Shown here piece by piece: positions 18,001 to 32,744 of a stretch of DNA of 64,000 nt. The first letter of the stretch is position 1; the number at the start of each line of letters is the position of its first letter. The notes below the pieces were generated by a model. The model had not been told where the DNA came from. It did not search any database and saw only the letters and a program-made list of their open reading frames with translations. Made by a program: the position numbers and the translations under genes. Origin of the DNA: Eledone cirrhosa (Eukaryota); assembly GCA_964016885.1 (NCBI GenBank), contig OZ024752.1:19282001-19346000 (forward strand), written 5' to 3'.

Positions 18001-21000
18001 ACACAGCTATGCTATATGCATAAAACTGAACCCCTTAACCACACAGCTATGCTATATGTATAAAACTGAACCCCTTAGCCACACAGCTATGTATATGTAT
18101 AAAACTGAACCCCTTAGCCACACAGCTATGTATATGTATAAAACTGAACCCCTTAACCACACAGCTATGCTATATGTATAAAACTAAACCCCTTAACCAC
18201 ACAGCTATGCTATATGTATAAAACTGAACCCCTTAACCACACAGCTATGCGATATGTATAAAACTGAACCCCTTAACCACACAGCTATGCTATATGTATA
18301 TAACTGAAACCCTTAACCACACGGCTATGCTATATGCATAAAACTGAACCCCTTAACCACACAGCTATGCTATATGTATACAACTGAACCCCTTAACCAC
18401 ACAGCTATGCTATATGTATGAAACTGAACCCCTTAACCACACAGCTATGCTATATGTATAAAACTGAAACCCTTAACCACACAGCTATGCTATATGTATG
18501 AAACTGAACCCCTTAACCACACAGCTATGCTATATGTATAAAACTGAAACCCTTAACCACACAGCTATGCTATATGTATAAAACTGACCCCTTAACCACA
18601 CAGCTATGCTATATGTATAAAACTGAAACCCTTAACCACACAGCTATGCTATATGTATAAAACTGAACTCCTTAACCACACAGCTATGCTATATGTATAA
18701 AACTGAACCCCTTAACCACACAGCTATGCTATATGTAGAAAACTGAACCCCTTAACCACACAGCTATGCTATATGTATAAAACTGAACCCCTTAACCACA
18801 CAGCTATGCTATATGTAGAAAACTGAACCCCTTAACCACACAGCTATGCTATATGTATAAAACTGAACCCCTTAACCACACAGCTATGCTATATGTATAA
18901 AACTGAACTCCTTAACCACACAGCTATGCAATATGTATAAAACTGAAACCCTTAACCACACAGCTATGCTATATGTATAAAACTGAACCCCTTAACCACA
19001 CAGATATGCTATATGTATAAAACTGAACCCCTTAACCACACAGCTATGCTATATGTATAAAACTGAACCCCTTAACCACACAGCTATGCTATATGTATAA
19101 AACTGAACCCCTTAACCACACAGCTATGCTATATGTATAAAACGGAAACCCTTAACCACACAGCTATGCTATATGTATAAAACTGAACCCCTGAACCACA
19201 CAGCTATGCTATATGTAGAAAACTGAACCCCTTAACCACACAGCTATGCTATATGTATAAAACTGAACCCCTAAACCACACAGCTATGCTATATGTATAA
19301 AACTGAACCCCTTAACCACACAGCTATGCGATATGTATAAAACTGAACCCCTTAACCACACAGCTATGCTATATGTATATAACTGAACCCTTAACCACAC
19401 AGCTATGCTATATGCATAAAACTGAACCCCTTAACCACACAGCTATGCTATATGTATAAAACGGAAACCCTTAACCACACAGCTATGCTATATGTATAAA
19501 ACTGAACCCCTGAACCACACAGCTATGCTATATGTAGAAAACTGAACCCCTTAACCACACAGCTATGCTATATGTATAAAACTGAACCCCTAAACCACAC
19601 AGCTATGCTATATGTATAAAACTGAACCCCTTAACCACACAGCTATGCGATATGTATAAAACTGAACCCCTTAACCACACAGCTATGCTATATGTATATA
19701 ACTGAACCCTTAACCACACAGCTATGCTATATGCATAAAACTGAACCCCTTAACCACACAGCTATGCTATATGTATAAAACTGAACCCCTTAGCCACACA
19801 GCTATGTATATGTATAAAACTGAACCCCTTAGCCACACAGCTATGTATATGTATAAAACTGAACCCCTTAACCACACAGCTATGCTATATCTATAAAACT
19901 AAACCCCTTAACCACACAGCTATGCTATATGTATAAAACTGAACCCCTTAACCACACAGCTATGCGATATGTATAAAACTGAACCCCTTAACCACACAGC
20001 TATGCTATATGTATATAACTGAAACCCTTAACCACACAGCTATGCTATATGCATAAAACTGAACCCCTTAACCACACAGCTATGCTATATGTATAAAACT
20101 GAACCCCTTAACCACACAGCTATGCTATATGTATAAAACTGAACCCCTTAACCACACAGGTATGCTATATGTATAAAACTGACACCTTAACCACACAGCT
20201 ATGCTATATGTATAAAACAGAACCCCTTAACCACACAGCTATGCTATATGTATAAAACTGAACCCCTTAACCACACAGCTATGCTATATGTATAAAACTG
20301 AACCCCTTAACCACACAGCTATGCTATATGTATGAAACTGAACCCCTTAACCACACAGCTATGCTATATGTATAAAACTGAAACCCTTAACCACACAGCT
20401 ATGCTATATGTATGAAACTGAACCCATTAACCACACAGCTATGCTATATGTATAAAACTGAAACCCTTAACCACACAGCTATGCTATATGTATAAAACTG
20501 AACCCCTTAACCACACAGCTATGCTATATGTATAAAACTGAACCCCTTAACCACACAGCTATGCTATATGTATAAAACTGAACCCCTTAACCACACCAGA
20601 TATGCTATATGTATAAAACTGACCCCTTCACCACACAGCTATGCTATATGTATAAAACTGATCCCTTAACCACACAGCTATGCTATATGTATAAAACTGA
20701 AACCCTTAACCACACAGCTATGCTATATGTATAAAACTGAACCCCTTAACCACACAGCTATGCTATATGTATAAAACTGACACCTTAACCACACAGGTAT
20801 GCTATATGTATAAAACTGAAACCCTTAACCACACAGCTATGCTATATGTATAAAACTGACACCTTAACCACACAGGTATGCTATATGTATAAAACTGAAA
20901 CCCTTAACCACACAGCTATGCTATATGTATAAAACTGAACCCCTTAACCACACAGCTATGCTATATGTATAAAACTGACACCTTAACCACACAGCTATGC

Positions 21001-24000
21001 TATATGTATAAAACTGAAACCCTTAACCACACAGCTATGCTATATGTATAAAGCTGAAACCCTTAACCACACAGATATGCTATATGTATAAAACTGAACC
21101 CCTTAACCACACAGCTATGCTATATGTATAAAACTGAACCCCTTAACCACACAGCTATGCTATATGTATAAAACTGAACCCCTTAACCACACAGCTATGC
21201 TATATGTATAAAACTGAACCCCTTAACCACACATCTATGCTATATGTATAAAACTGAACCCCTTAACCACACAGCTATGCCATATGTATAAAACTGAACC
21301 CCTTAACCACACAGCTATGCTATATGTATAAAACCGAACCCCTTAACCAAACAGCTATGCTATATGTATAAAACTGAACCCCTTAACCACACAGCTATGC
21401 TATATGTATAAAACTGAACCCCTTAACCACACAGCTATGCTATATGTATAAAACTGAACCCCTTAACCACACAGCTAGGCTATATGTATAAAACTGAACC
21501 CCTTAACCACACAGCTATGCTATATGTATAAAACTGAACCCCTTAACCACACAGCTATGCTATATGTATAAAACTGAACCCCTTAACCACACAGCTATGC
21601 TATATGTATAAAACTGAACCCCTTAACCACACAGCTATGCTATATGTATAAAACTGACCCCTTAACCACACAGCTATGCTATATGTATAAAACTGACCCC
21701 TTAACCACACAGCTATGCTATATGTAGAAAACTGAACCCCTTAACCACACAGCTATGCTATATGTATAAAACTGAACCTCTTAACCACACAGCTATGCTA
21801 TATGTATAAAACTGAACCCCTTAACCACACAGGTATGCTATATGTATAAAACTGAACCCCTTAACCACACAGCTATGCTATATGTATAAAACTGAACCCC
21901 TTAACCACACAGCTATGCTATATGTATAAAACTGAACCCCTTAACCACACAGCTATGCTATATGTATAAAACGGAACCCCTTAACCACACAGCTATGCTA
22001 TATGTATAAAACGGAACCCCTTAACCACACAGCTATGCTATATGTATAAAACGGAACCCCTTAACCACACAGCTATGCTATATGTATAAAACGGAACCCC
22101 TTAACCACACAGCTATGCTATATGTATAAAACTGAACCCCTGAACCTCACAGCTATGCTCTATGTATAAAACTGAACCCCTTAACCACACAGCTATGCCA
22201 TATGTATAAAACTGAACCCCTTAACCACACAGCTATGCTATATGTATAAAACTGAACCCCTTAACCACACAGCTATGCTATATGTATAAAACTGAACCCC
22301 TTAACCACACAGCTATGCTATATGTATAAAACTGAACCCCTTAACCACACAGCTATGCTATATGTATAAAACTGACCCCTTAACCACACAGCTATGCTAT
22401 ATGTATAAAACTGACCCCTTAACCACATAGCTATGCTATATGTATAAAACTGAACGCATTAACCACACAGCTATGCTATATGTATAAAACTGACACCTTA
22501 ACCACACAGCTATGCTATATGTATAAAACTGACACCTTAACCACACAGCTATGCTATATGTATAAAACTGACACCTTAACCACACAGGTATGCTATATGT
22601 ATAAAACTGAAACCCTTAACCACACAGCTATGCTATATGTATAAAACTGACACCTTAACCACACAGGTATGCTATATGTATAAAACTGAAACCCTTAACC
22701 ACACAGCTATGCTATATGTATAAAACTGAACCCCTTAAGAACACAGCTATGCTATATGTATAAAACTGACACCTTAACCACACAGCTATGCTATATGTAT
22801 AAAACTGAACCCCTTAACCACACAGCTATGCTATATGTATAAAACCGAACCCCTTAACCACACAGCTATGCTATATGTATAAAACTGAACCCCTTAACTA
22901 CACAGCTATGCTATATGTATAAAACTGAACCCCTTAACCACACAGCTATGCTATATGTATAAAACTGAACCCCTTAACCACACAGCTATGCTATATGTAT
23001 AAAACTGACCCCTTAACCACACAGCTATGCTATATGTATAAAACTGAACCCCTTAACCACACAGCTATGCTATATGTATAAAACTGAACCCCTTAACCAC
23101 ACAGCTATGCTATATGTATAAAACTGAACCCCTTAACCACACAGCTATGCTATATGTATAAAACGGAACCCCTTAACCACACAGCTATGCTATATGTATA
23201 AAACTGAACCCCTGAACCTCACAGCTATGCTATATATATAAAACTGAACCCCTTAACCACACAGCTATGCCATATGTATAAAACTGAACCCCTTAACCAC
23301 ACAGCTATGCTATATATATAAAACTGAACCCCTTAACCACACAGCTATGCCATATGTATAAAACTGAACCCCTTAACCACACAGCTATGCTATATGTATA
23401 AAACTGAACCCCTTAACCACGCAGCTATGCTATATGTATAAAACTGAACCCCTTAACCACACAGCTATGCTATATGTATAAAACTGAACCCCTTAACCAC
23501 ACAGCTATGCTATATGTATAAAACTGACCCCTTAACCACACAGCTATGCTATATGTATAAAACTGACCCCTTAACCACATAGCTATGCTATATGGATAAA
23601 ACTGAACCCATTAACCACACAGCTATGCTATATGTATAAAACTGACACCTTAACCACACAGCTATGCTATATGTATAAAACTGACACCTTAACCACACAG
23701 CTATGCTATATGTATAAAACTGACACCTTAACCACACAGGTATGCTATATGTATAAAACTGAAACCCTTAACCACACAGCTATGCTATATGTATAAAACT
23801 GACACCTTAACCACACAGGTATGCTATATGTATAAAACTGAAACCCTTAACCACACAGCTATGCGATATGTATAAAACTGAACCCCTTAAGAACACAGCT
23901 ATGCTATATGTATAAAACTGACACCTTAACCACACAGGTATGCTATATGTATAAAACTGACACCTTAACCACACAGGTATGCTATATGTATAAAACTGAC

Positions 24001-27000
24001 ACCTTAACCACACAGCTATGCTATATGTATAAAACTGAAACCCTTAACCACACAGCTATGCTATATGTCTAAAACTGAAACCCTTAACCACACAGCTATG
24101 CTATATGCATAAAACTGAACCCCTTAACTACACAGCTATGCTATATGTATAAAACTGAACCCCTTAACCACACAGCTATGCTATATGTATAAAACCGAAC
24201 CCCTTAACCACACAGCTATGCTATATGTATAAAACTGAACCCCTTAACCACACAGCTATGCTATATGTATAAAACTGAACCCCTTAACCACACAGCTATG
24301 CTATATGTATAAAACTGAACCCCTTAACCACACAGCTATGCTATATGTATAAAACTGAACCCCTGAACCACACAGCTATGCTATATGTAGAAAACTGAAC
24401 CCCTTAACCACACAGCTATGCTATATGTATAAAACTGAACCCCTAAACCACACAGCTATGCTATATGTATAAAACTGAACCCCTTAACCACACAGCTATG
24501 CGATATGTATAAAACTGAACCCCTTAACCACACAGCTATGCTATATGTATATAACTGAACCCTTAACCACACAGCTATGCTATATGCATAAAACTGAACC
24601 CCTTAACCACACAGCTATGCTATATGTATAAAACGGAAACCCTTAACCACACAGCTATGCTATATGTATAAAACTGAACCCCTGAACCACACAGCTATGC
24701 TATATGTAGAAAACTGAACCCCTTAACCACACAGCTATGCTATATGTATAAAACTGAACCCCTAAACCACACAGCTATGCTATATGTATAAAACTGAACC
24801 CCTTAACCACACAGCTATGCGATATGTATAAAACTGAACCCCTTAACCACACAGCTATGCTATATGTATATAACTGAACCCTTAACCACACAGCTATGCT
24901 ATATGCATAAAACTGAACCCCTTAACCACACAGCTATGCTATATGTATAAAACTGAACCCCTTAGCCACACAGCTATGTATATGTATAAAACTGAACCCC
25001 TTAGCCACACAGCTATGTATATGTATAAAACTGAACCCCTTAACCACACAGCTATGCTATATCTATAAAACTAAACCCCTTAACCACACAGCTATGCTAT
25101 ATGTATAAAACTGAACCCCTTAACCACACAGCTATGCGATATGTATAAAACTGAACCCCTTAACCACACAGCTATGCTATATGTATATAACTGAAACCCT
25201 TAACCACACAGCTATGCTATATGCATAAAACTGAACCCCTTAACCACACAGCTATGCTATATGTATAAAACTGAACCCCTTAACCACACAGCTATGCTAT
25301 ATGTATAAAACTGAACCCCTTAACCACACAGGTATGCTATATGTATAAAACTGACACCTTAACCACACAGCTATGCTATATGTATAAAACAGAACCCCTT
25401 AACCACACAGCTATGCTATATGTATAAAACTGAACCCCTTAACCACACAGCTATGCTATATGTATAAAACTGAACCCCTTAACCACACAGCTATGCTATA
25501 TGTATGAAACTGAACCCCTTAACCACACAGCTATGCTATATGTATAAAACTGAAACCCTTAACCACACAGCTATGCTATATGTATGAAACTGAACCCATT
25601 AACCACACAGCTATGCTATATGTATAAAACTGAAACCCTTAACCACACAGCTATGCTATATGTATAAAACTGAACCCCTTAACCACACAGCTATGCTATA
25701 TGTATAAAACTGAACCCCTTAACCACACAGCTATGCTATATGTATAAAACTGAACCCCTTAACCACACCAGATATGCTATATGTATAAAACTGACCCCTT
25801 CACCACACAGCTATGCTATATGTATAAAACTGATCCCTTAACCACACAGCTATGCTATATGTATAAAACTGAAACCCTTAACCACACAGCTATGCTATAT
25901 GTATAAAACTGAACCCCTTAACCACACAGCTATGCTATATGTATAAAACTGACACCTTAACCACACAGGTATGCTATATGTATAAAACTGAAACCCTTAA
26001 CCACACAGCTATGCTATATGTATAAAACTGACACCTTAACCACACAGGTATGCTATATGTATAAAACTGAAACCCTTAACCACACAGCTATGCTATATGT
26101 ATAAAACTGAACCCCTTAACCACACAGCTATGCTATATGTATAAAACTGACACCTTAACCACACAGCTATGCTATATGTATAAAACTGAAACCCTTAACC
26201 ACACAGCTATGCTATATGTATAAAGCTGAAACCCTTAACCACACAGATATGCTATATGTATAAAACTGAACCCCTTAACCACACAGCTATGCTATATGTA
26301 TAAAACTGAACCCCTTAACCACACAGCTATGCTATATGTATAAAACTGAACCCCTTAACCACACAGCTATGCTATATGTATAAAACTGAACCCCTTAACC
26401 ACACATCTATGCTATATGTATAAAACTGAACCCCTTAACCACACAGCTATGCCATATGTATAAAACTGAACCCCTTAACCACACAGCTATGCTATATGTA
26501 TAAAACCGAACCCCTTAACCAAACAGCTATGCTATATGTATAAAACTGAACCCCTTAACCACACAGCTATGCTATATGTATAAAACTGAACCCCTTAACC
26601 ACACAGCTATGCTATATGTATAAAACTGAACCCCTTAACCACACAGCTAGGCTATATGTATAAAACTGAACCCCTTAACCACACAGCTATGCTATATGTA
26701 TAAAACTGAACCCCTTAACCACACAGCTATGCTATATGTATAAAACTGAACCCCTTAACCACACAGCTATGCTATATGTATAAAACTGAACCCCTTAACC
26801 ACACAGCTATGCTATATGTATAAAACTGACCCCTTAACCACACAGCTATGCTATATGTATAAAACTGACCCCTTAACCACACAGCTATGCTATATGTAGA
26901 AAACTGAACCCCTTAACCACACAGCTATGCTATATGTATAAAACTGAACCTCTTAACCACACAGCTATGCTATATGTATAAAACTGAACCCCTTAACCAC

Positions 27001-30000
27001 ACAGGTATGCTATATGTATAAAACTGAACCCCTTAACCACACAGCTATGCTATATGTATAAAACTGAACCCCTTAACCACACAGCTATGCTATATGTATA
27101 AAACTGAACCCCTTAACCACACAGCTATGCTATATGTATAAAACGGAACCCCTTAACCACACAGCTATGCTATATGTATAAAACGGAACCCCTTAACCAC
27201 ACAGCTATGCTATATGTATAAAACGGAACCCCTTAACCACACAGCTATGCTATATGTATAAAACGGAACCCCTTAACCACACAGCTATGCTATATGTATA
27301 AAACTGAACCCCTGAACCTCACAGCTATGCTCTATGTATAAAACTGAACCCCTTAACCACACAGCTATGCCATATGTATAAAACTGAACCCCTTAACCAC
27401 ACAGCTATGCTATATGTATAAAACTGAACCCCTTAACCACACAGCTATGCTATATGTATAAAACTGAACCCCTTAACCACACAGCTATGCTATATGTATA
27501 AAACTGAACCCCTTAACCACACAGCTATGCTATATGTATAAAACTGACCCCTTAACCACACAGCTATGCTATATGTATAAAACTGACCCCTTAACCACAT
27601 AGCTATGCTATATGTATAAAACTGAACCCATTAACCACACAGCTATGCTATATGTATAAAACTGACACCTTAACCACACAGCTATGCTATATGTATAAAA
27701 CTGACACCTTAACCACACAGCTATGCTATATGTATAAAACTGACACCTTAACCACACAGGTATGCTATATGTATAAAACTGAAACCCTTAACCACACAGC
27801 TATGCTATATGTATAAAACTGACACCTTAACCACACAGGTATGCTATATGTATAAAACTGAAACCCTTAACCACACAGCTATGCTATATGTATAAAACTG
27901 AACCCCTTAAGAACACAGCTATGCTATATGTATAAAACTGACACCTTAACCACACAGCTATGCTATATGTATAAAACTGAACCCCTTAACCACACAGCTA
28001 TGCTATATGTATAAAACCGAACCCCTTAACCACACAGCTATGCTATATGTATAAAACTGAACCCCTTAACTACACAGCTATGCTATATGTATAAAACTGA
28101 ACCCCTTAACCACACAGCTATGCTATATGTATAAAACTGAACCCCTTAACCACACAGCTATGCTATATGTATAAAACTGACCCCTTAACCACACAGCTAT
28201 GCTATATGTATAAAACTGAACCCCTTAACCACACAGCTATGCTATATGTATAAAACTGAACCCCTTAACCACACAGCTATGCTATATGTATAAAACTGAA
28301 CCCCTTAACCACACAGCTATGCTATATGTATAAAACGGAACCCCTTAACCACACAGCTATGCTATATGTATAAAACTGAACCCCTGAACCTCACAGCTAT
28401 GCTATATATATAAAACTGAACCCCTTAACCACACAGCTATGCCATATGTATAAAACTGAACCCCTTAACCACACAGCTATGCTATATATATAAAACTGAA
28501 CCCCTTAACCACACAGCTATGCCATATGTATAAAACTGAACCCCTTAACCACACAGCTATGCTATATGTATAAAACTGAACCCCTTAACCACGCAGCTAT
28601 GCTATATGTATAAAACTGAACCCCTTAACCACACAGCTATGCTATATGTATAAAACTGAACCCCTTAACCACACAGCTATGCTATATGTATAAAACTGAC
28701 CCCTTAACCACACAGCTATGCTATATGTATAAAACTGACCCCTTAACCACATAGCTATGCTATATGGATAAAACTGAACCCATTAACCACACAGCTATGC
28801 TATATGTATAAAACTGACACCTTAACCACACAGCTATGCTATATGTATAAAACTGACACCTTAACCACACAGCTATGCTATATGTATAAAACTGACACCT
28901 TAACCACACAGGTATGCTATATGTATAAAACTGAAACCCTTAACCACACAGCTATGCTATATGTATAAAACTGACACCTTAACCACACAGGTATGCTATA
29001 TGTATAAAACTGAAACCCTTAACCACACAGCTATGCGATATGTATAAAACTGAACCCCTTAAGAACACAGCTATGCTATATGTATAAAACTGACACCTTA
29101 ACCACACAGGTATGCTATATGTATAAAACTGACACCTTAACCACACAGGTATGCTATATGTATAAAACTGACACCTTAACCACACAGCTATGCTATATGT
29201 ATAAAACTGAAACCCTTAACCACACAGCTATGCTATATGTCTAAAACTGAAACCCTTAACCACACAGCTATGCTATATGCATAAAACTGAACCCCTTAAC
29301 CACACAGCTATGCTATATGTATAAAACTGAACCCCTTAACCACACAGCTATGCTATATGTATAAAACCGAACCCCTTAACCACACAGCTATGCTATATGT
29401 ATAAAACTGAACCCCTTAACCACACAGCTATGCTATATGTATAAAACTGAACCCCTTAACCACACAGCTATGCTATATGTATAAAACTGAACCCCTTAAC
29501 CACACAGCTATGCTATATGTATAAAACTGAACCCCTTAACCACACAGCTATGCTATATGTATAAAACTGACCCCTTAACCACACAGCTATGCTATATGTA
29601 TAAAACTGACCCCTTAACCACACAGCTATGCTATATGTATAAAACTGACCCCTTAACCACACAGCTATGCTATATGTATAAAACTGAACCTTTTAACCAC
29701 ACAGCTATGCTATATGTATAAAACTGAACCCCTTAACCACACAGCTATGCTATATGTATAAAACTGAACCCCTTAACCACACAGCTATGCTATATGTATA
29801 AAACTGACCCCTTAACCACACAGCTATGCTATATGTATAAAACTGACCCCTTAACCACATAGCTATGCTATATGTATAAAACTGAACCCATTAACCACAC
29901 AGCTATGCTATATGTATAAAACTGACACCTTAACCACACAGATATGCTATATGTATAAAACTGAACCCCTTAACCACACAGCTATGCTATATGTATAAAA

Positions 30001-31720
30001 CTGACACCTTAACCACACAGATATGCTATATGTATAAAACTGAACCCCTTAACCACACAGCTATGCTATATGTATAAAACTGACACCTTAACCACACAGG
30101 TATGCTATATGTATAAAACTGACACCTTAACCACACAGCTATGCTGTATGTATAAAACTGACACCTTAACCACACAGATATGCTATATGTATAAAACTGA
30201 CACCCTAACCACACAGCTATGCTATATGTATAAAACTGACACCTTAACCACACAGCTATGCTATATGTATAAAACTGACACCTTAACCACACAGCTATGC
30301 TATATGTATAAAACTGACACCTTAACCACACAGCTATGCTATATGTATAAAACTGACACCTTAACCACACAGCTATGCTATATGTATAAAACTGAACCCC
30401 TTAACCACACAGCTATGCTATATGTATAAAACTGACACCTTAACCACACAGCTATGCTATATGTATAAAACTGACACCTTAACCACACAGCTATGCTATA
30501 TGTATAAAACTGAACCCCTTAACCACACAGCTATGCTATATGTATAAAACTGACACCTTAACCACACAGCTATGCTATATGTATAAAACTGACACCTTAA
30601 CCACACAGCTATGCTATATGTATAAAACTGACACCTTAACCACACAGCTATGCTATATGTATAAAACTGACACCTTAACCACACAGCTATGCTATATGTA
30701 TAAAACTGACACCTTAACCACACAGCTATGCTATATGTATAAAACTGACACCTTAACCACACAGCTATGCTATATGTATAAAACTGACACCTTAACCACA
30801 CAGATATGCTATATGTATAAAACTGACACCTTAACCACACAGCTATGCTATATGTATAAAACTGACACCTTAACCACACAGATATGCTATATGTATAAAA
30901 CTGACAGCTTAACCACACAGCTATGCTATATGTATAAAACTGACACCTTAACCACACAGCTATGCTATATGTATAAAACTGACACCTTAACCACACAGCT
31001 TTGCTATATGTATAAAACTGACACCTTAACCACACAGATATGCTATATGTATAAAACTGACACCTTAACCACACAGCTATGCTATATGTATAAAACTGAC
31101 ACCTTAACCACACAGATATGCTATATGTATAAAACTGACACCTTAACCACACAGCTATGCTATATGTATAAAACTGAACCCCTTAACCACACAGCTATGC
31201 TATATGTATAAAACTGAACCCCTTAACCACACAGCTATGCTATATGTATAAAACTGACACCTTAATCACACAGCTATGCTATATGTATAAAACTGACACC
31301 TTAACCACACAGCTATGCTATATGTATAAAACTGACACCTTAACCACACAGCTATGCTATATGTATAAAACTGAACCCCTTAACCACACAGCTATGCTAT
31401 ATGTATAAAACTGAACCCCTTAACCACACAGCTATGCTATATGTATAAAACTGACACCTTAACCACACAGCTATGCTATATGTATAAAACTGAACCCCTT
31501 AACCACACAGCTATGCTATATGTATATAACTGAAACCCTTAACCACACAGGTATGCTATATGTATAAAACTGACACCTTAACCACACAGATATTCTATAT
31601 GTATAAAACTGAAACCCTTAACCACACAGCTATGCTATATGTATAAAACTGAAACCCTTAACCACACAGCTATGCTATATGTATAAAACTGAACCCCTTA
31701 ACCACACAGCTATGCTATAT
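1..31720. repeat. Tandem satellite DNA, 40-bp monomer (38/39/41-bp variants), with higher-order repeats
   Basis: Continuous head-to-tail copies of AAAACTGAACCCCTTAACCACACAGCTATGCTATATGTAT from the window start, ending abruptly at ...GCTATAT|AATAATGCATC near 31720. There are no unique spacers. Confidence 0.99.
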
Positions 31721-32057
31721 AATAATGCATCAAGAAAATCAGATTTACTATTTTTTTTTTTTTTTTTTATGAATTATGTCTCTTATTTCTATGGTTCCCA
31801 GTGGTAATCCACCATTTTGGCAGGTAAATAAATCTAATAGTTGTACTAAAAGTGGTTAGTACCTCTTACAGTATATTAGCCCAGATAATAAGCAGCTGTC
31901 AGACACTATCAACATTTTGACAGATTTCATATTAATTTTCATTGTCTGTGCCATGACACTGGGGCTAAATTACAAAGAAGCATGTCAAGACATGAAATAT
32001 TTCATTAAATACTTAAATTGTTTAGAAAAAAAAAAAAAAAAAAAAAAATATATATAT

Positions 32058-32250
32058 CATTATCATCATCGGTTAACGTCCATTTTCCACGCTAGCATGG
32101 GTTGGACACGTTGTCCTATTAGTGGCAAGTTGGGTCAGGTGATCATGTCTTGCTCACATTGAACTGTTTCTGGCTAGGTTTCTAGATGGAGGCCCTTCCT
32201 AATGCCAACCACATTTACAGTGTGTACTGGGTACTTTTCATCATGCCACC
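32058..32250 (-). mobile_element. SINE/LINE-tail fragment with (CAT)n tail
   Basis: CATCATC..TTAACGTCCATTTTCC..GCATGGGTTGGAC and CCCTTCCTAATGCCAACCAC..TTTACAGTG recur at about 33481, 34310, 36760 and 45500, and in reverse at about 51560-51820 and 61180. Confidence 0.7.
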
Positions 32251-32488
32251 TATATACACATATGTTTAATATAGAAATGGCTTCTACAGGATTAGAACTG
32301 TTTCATTCAAAAGAAATCATCAGGAAACATGAATGAAACAGTTCTAGTCCTATAGAAGCAATTTCTATATTAAACGTGATATATGTGTGTGTGTATAGGT
32401 GGCATGAAGAAAAGCACCCAGCACACACTGTAAATGTGGTTGGCATTAGGAAGGGCATCCATCCATAGAAACCTAGCCAAAAACAGTT
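32162..32488. repeat. Long imperfect inverted duplication (fold-back), arms about 150 bp
   Basis: AACTGTTTCTGGCTAGGTTTCTA...GAACTGTTTCATTCA is mirrored by TGAATGAAACAGTTC...TAGAAACCTAGCCAAAAACAGTT, with a centre at about 32310-32330. Confidence 0.92.
32280..32329 (-). ncRNA. Type I hammerhead ribozyme motif (Penelope pLTR type)
   Basis: The minus strand reads GTTTC-CTGATGA-T-TTC-TTTT-GAA-T-GAAA-CAG-TTCTAATC-CTG-TA-GAAGC. This gives core CUGAUGA/GAAA, stem II, stem III ACAG/CUGU, a GUA cleavage triplet and stem I GUUUC/GAAGC. Confidence 0.75.
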
Positions 32489-32744
32489 TTACGTGTGTGT
32501 ATATTCAATATTAGAAAAAACGTCAAGGATATGAAATTATTATCATTGACTTCTTTTCTAATATTGAATTTTAAATACTCTGCTAGCTGAACTGCCCTAG
32601 GATATGTTAACAGTCAATAACTTAATCTTCCACACTGTATTCCTGAGAAGCTGACGACTATAGAGCTTCTCTCATCTTACCAAAGAAAATACTGAAGTAC
32701 TATACTATAATCACATATTTCATATATAAATATATATATATTGT

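Noticed and set aside
23807-31211. Repetitive ORFs (MYKTDTLTTQLCY / WLRCQFYTYSIAV)
   Set aside because: They are artefacts of runs of 39-bp monomers (a multiple of 3), appear on both strands, and break at every 40-bp unit.
1-31720. CRISPR array
   Set aside because: The repeats are contiguous with no unique spacers, there are no cas genes, and the context is eukaryotic.
1-31720. Telomeric repeat origin (AACCCCTTAA resembles CCCTAA)
   Set aside because: There is only a single hexamer-like motif per monomer and no tandem TTAGGG. A subtelomeric location cannot be judged from this window.
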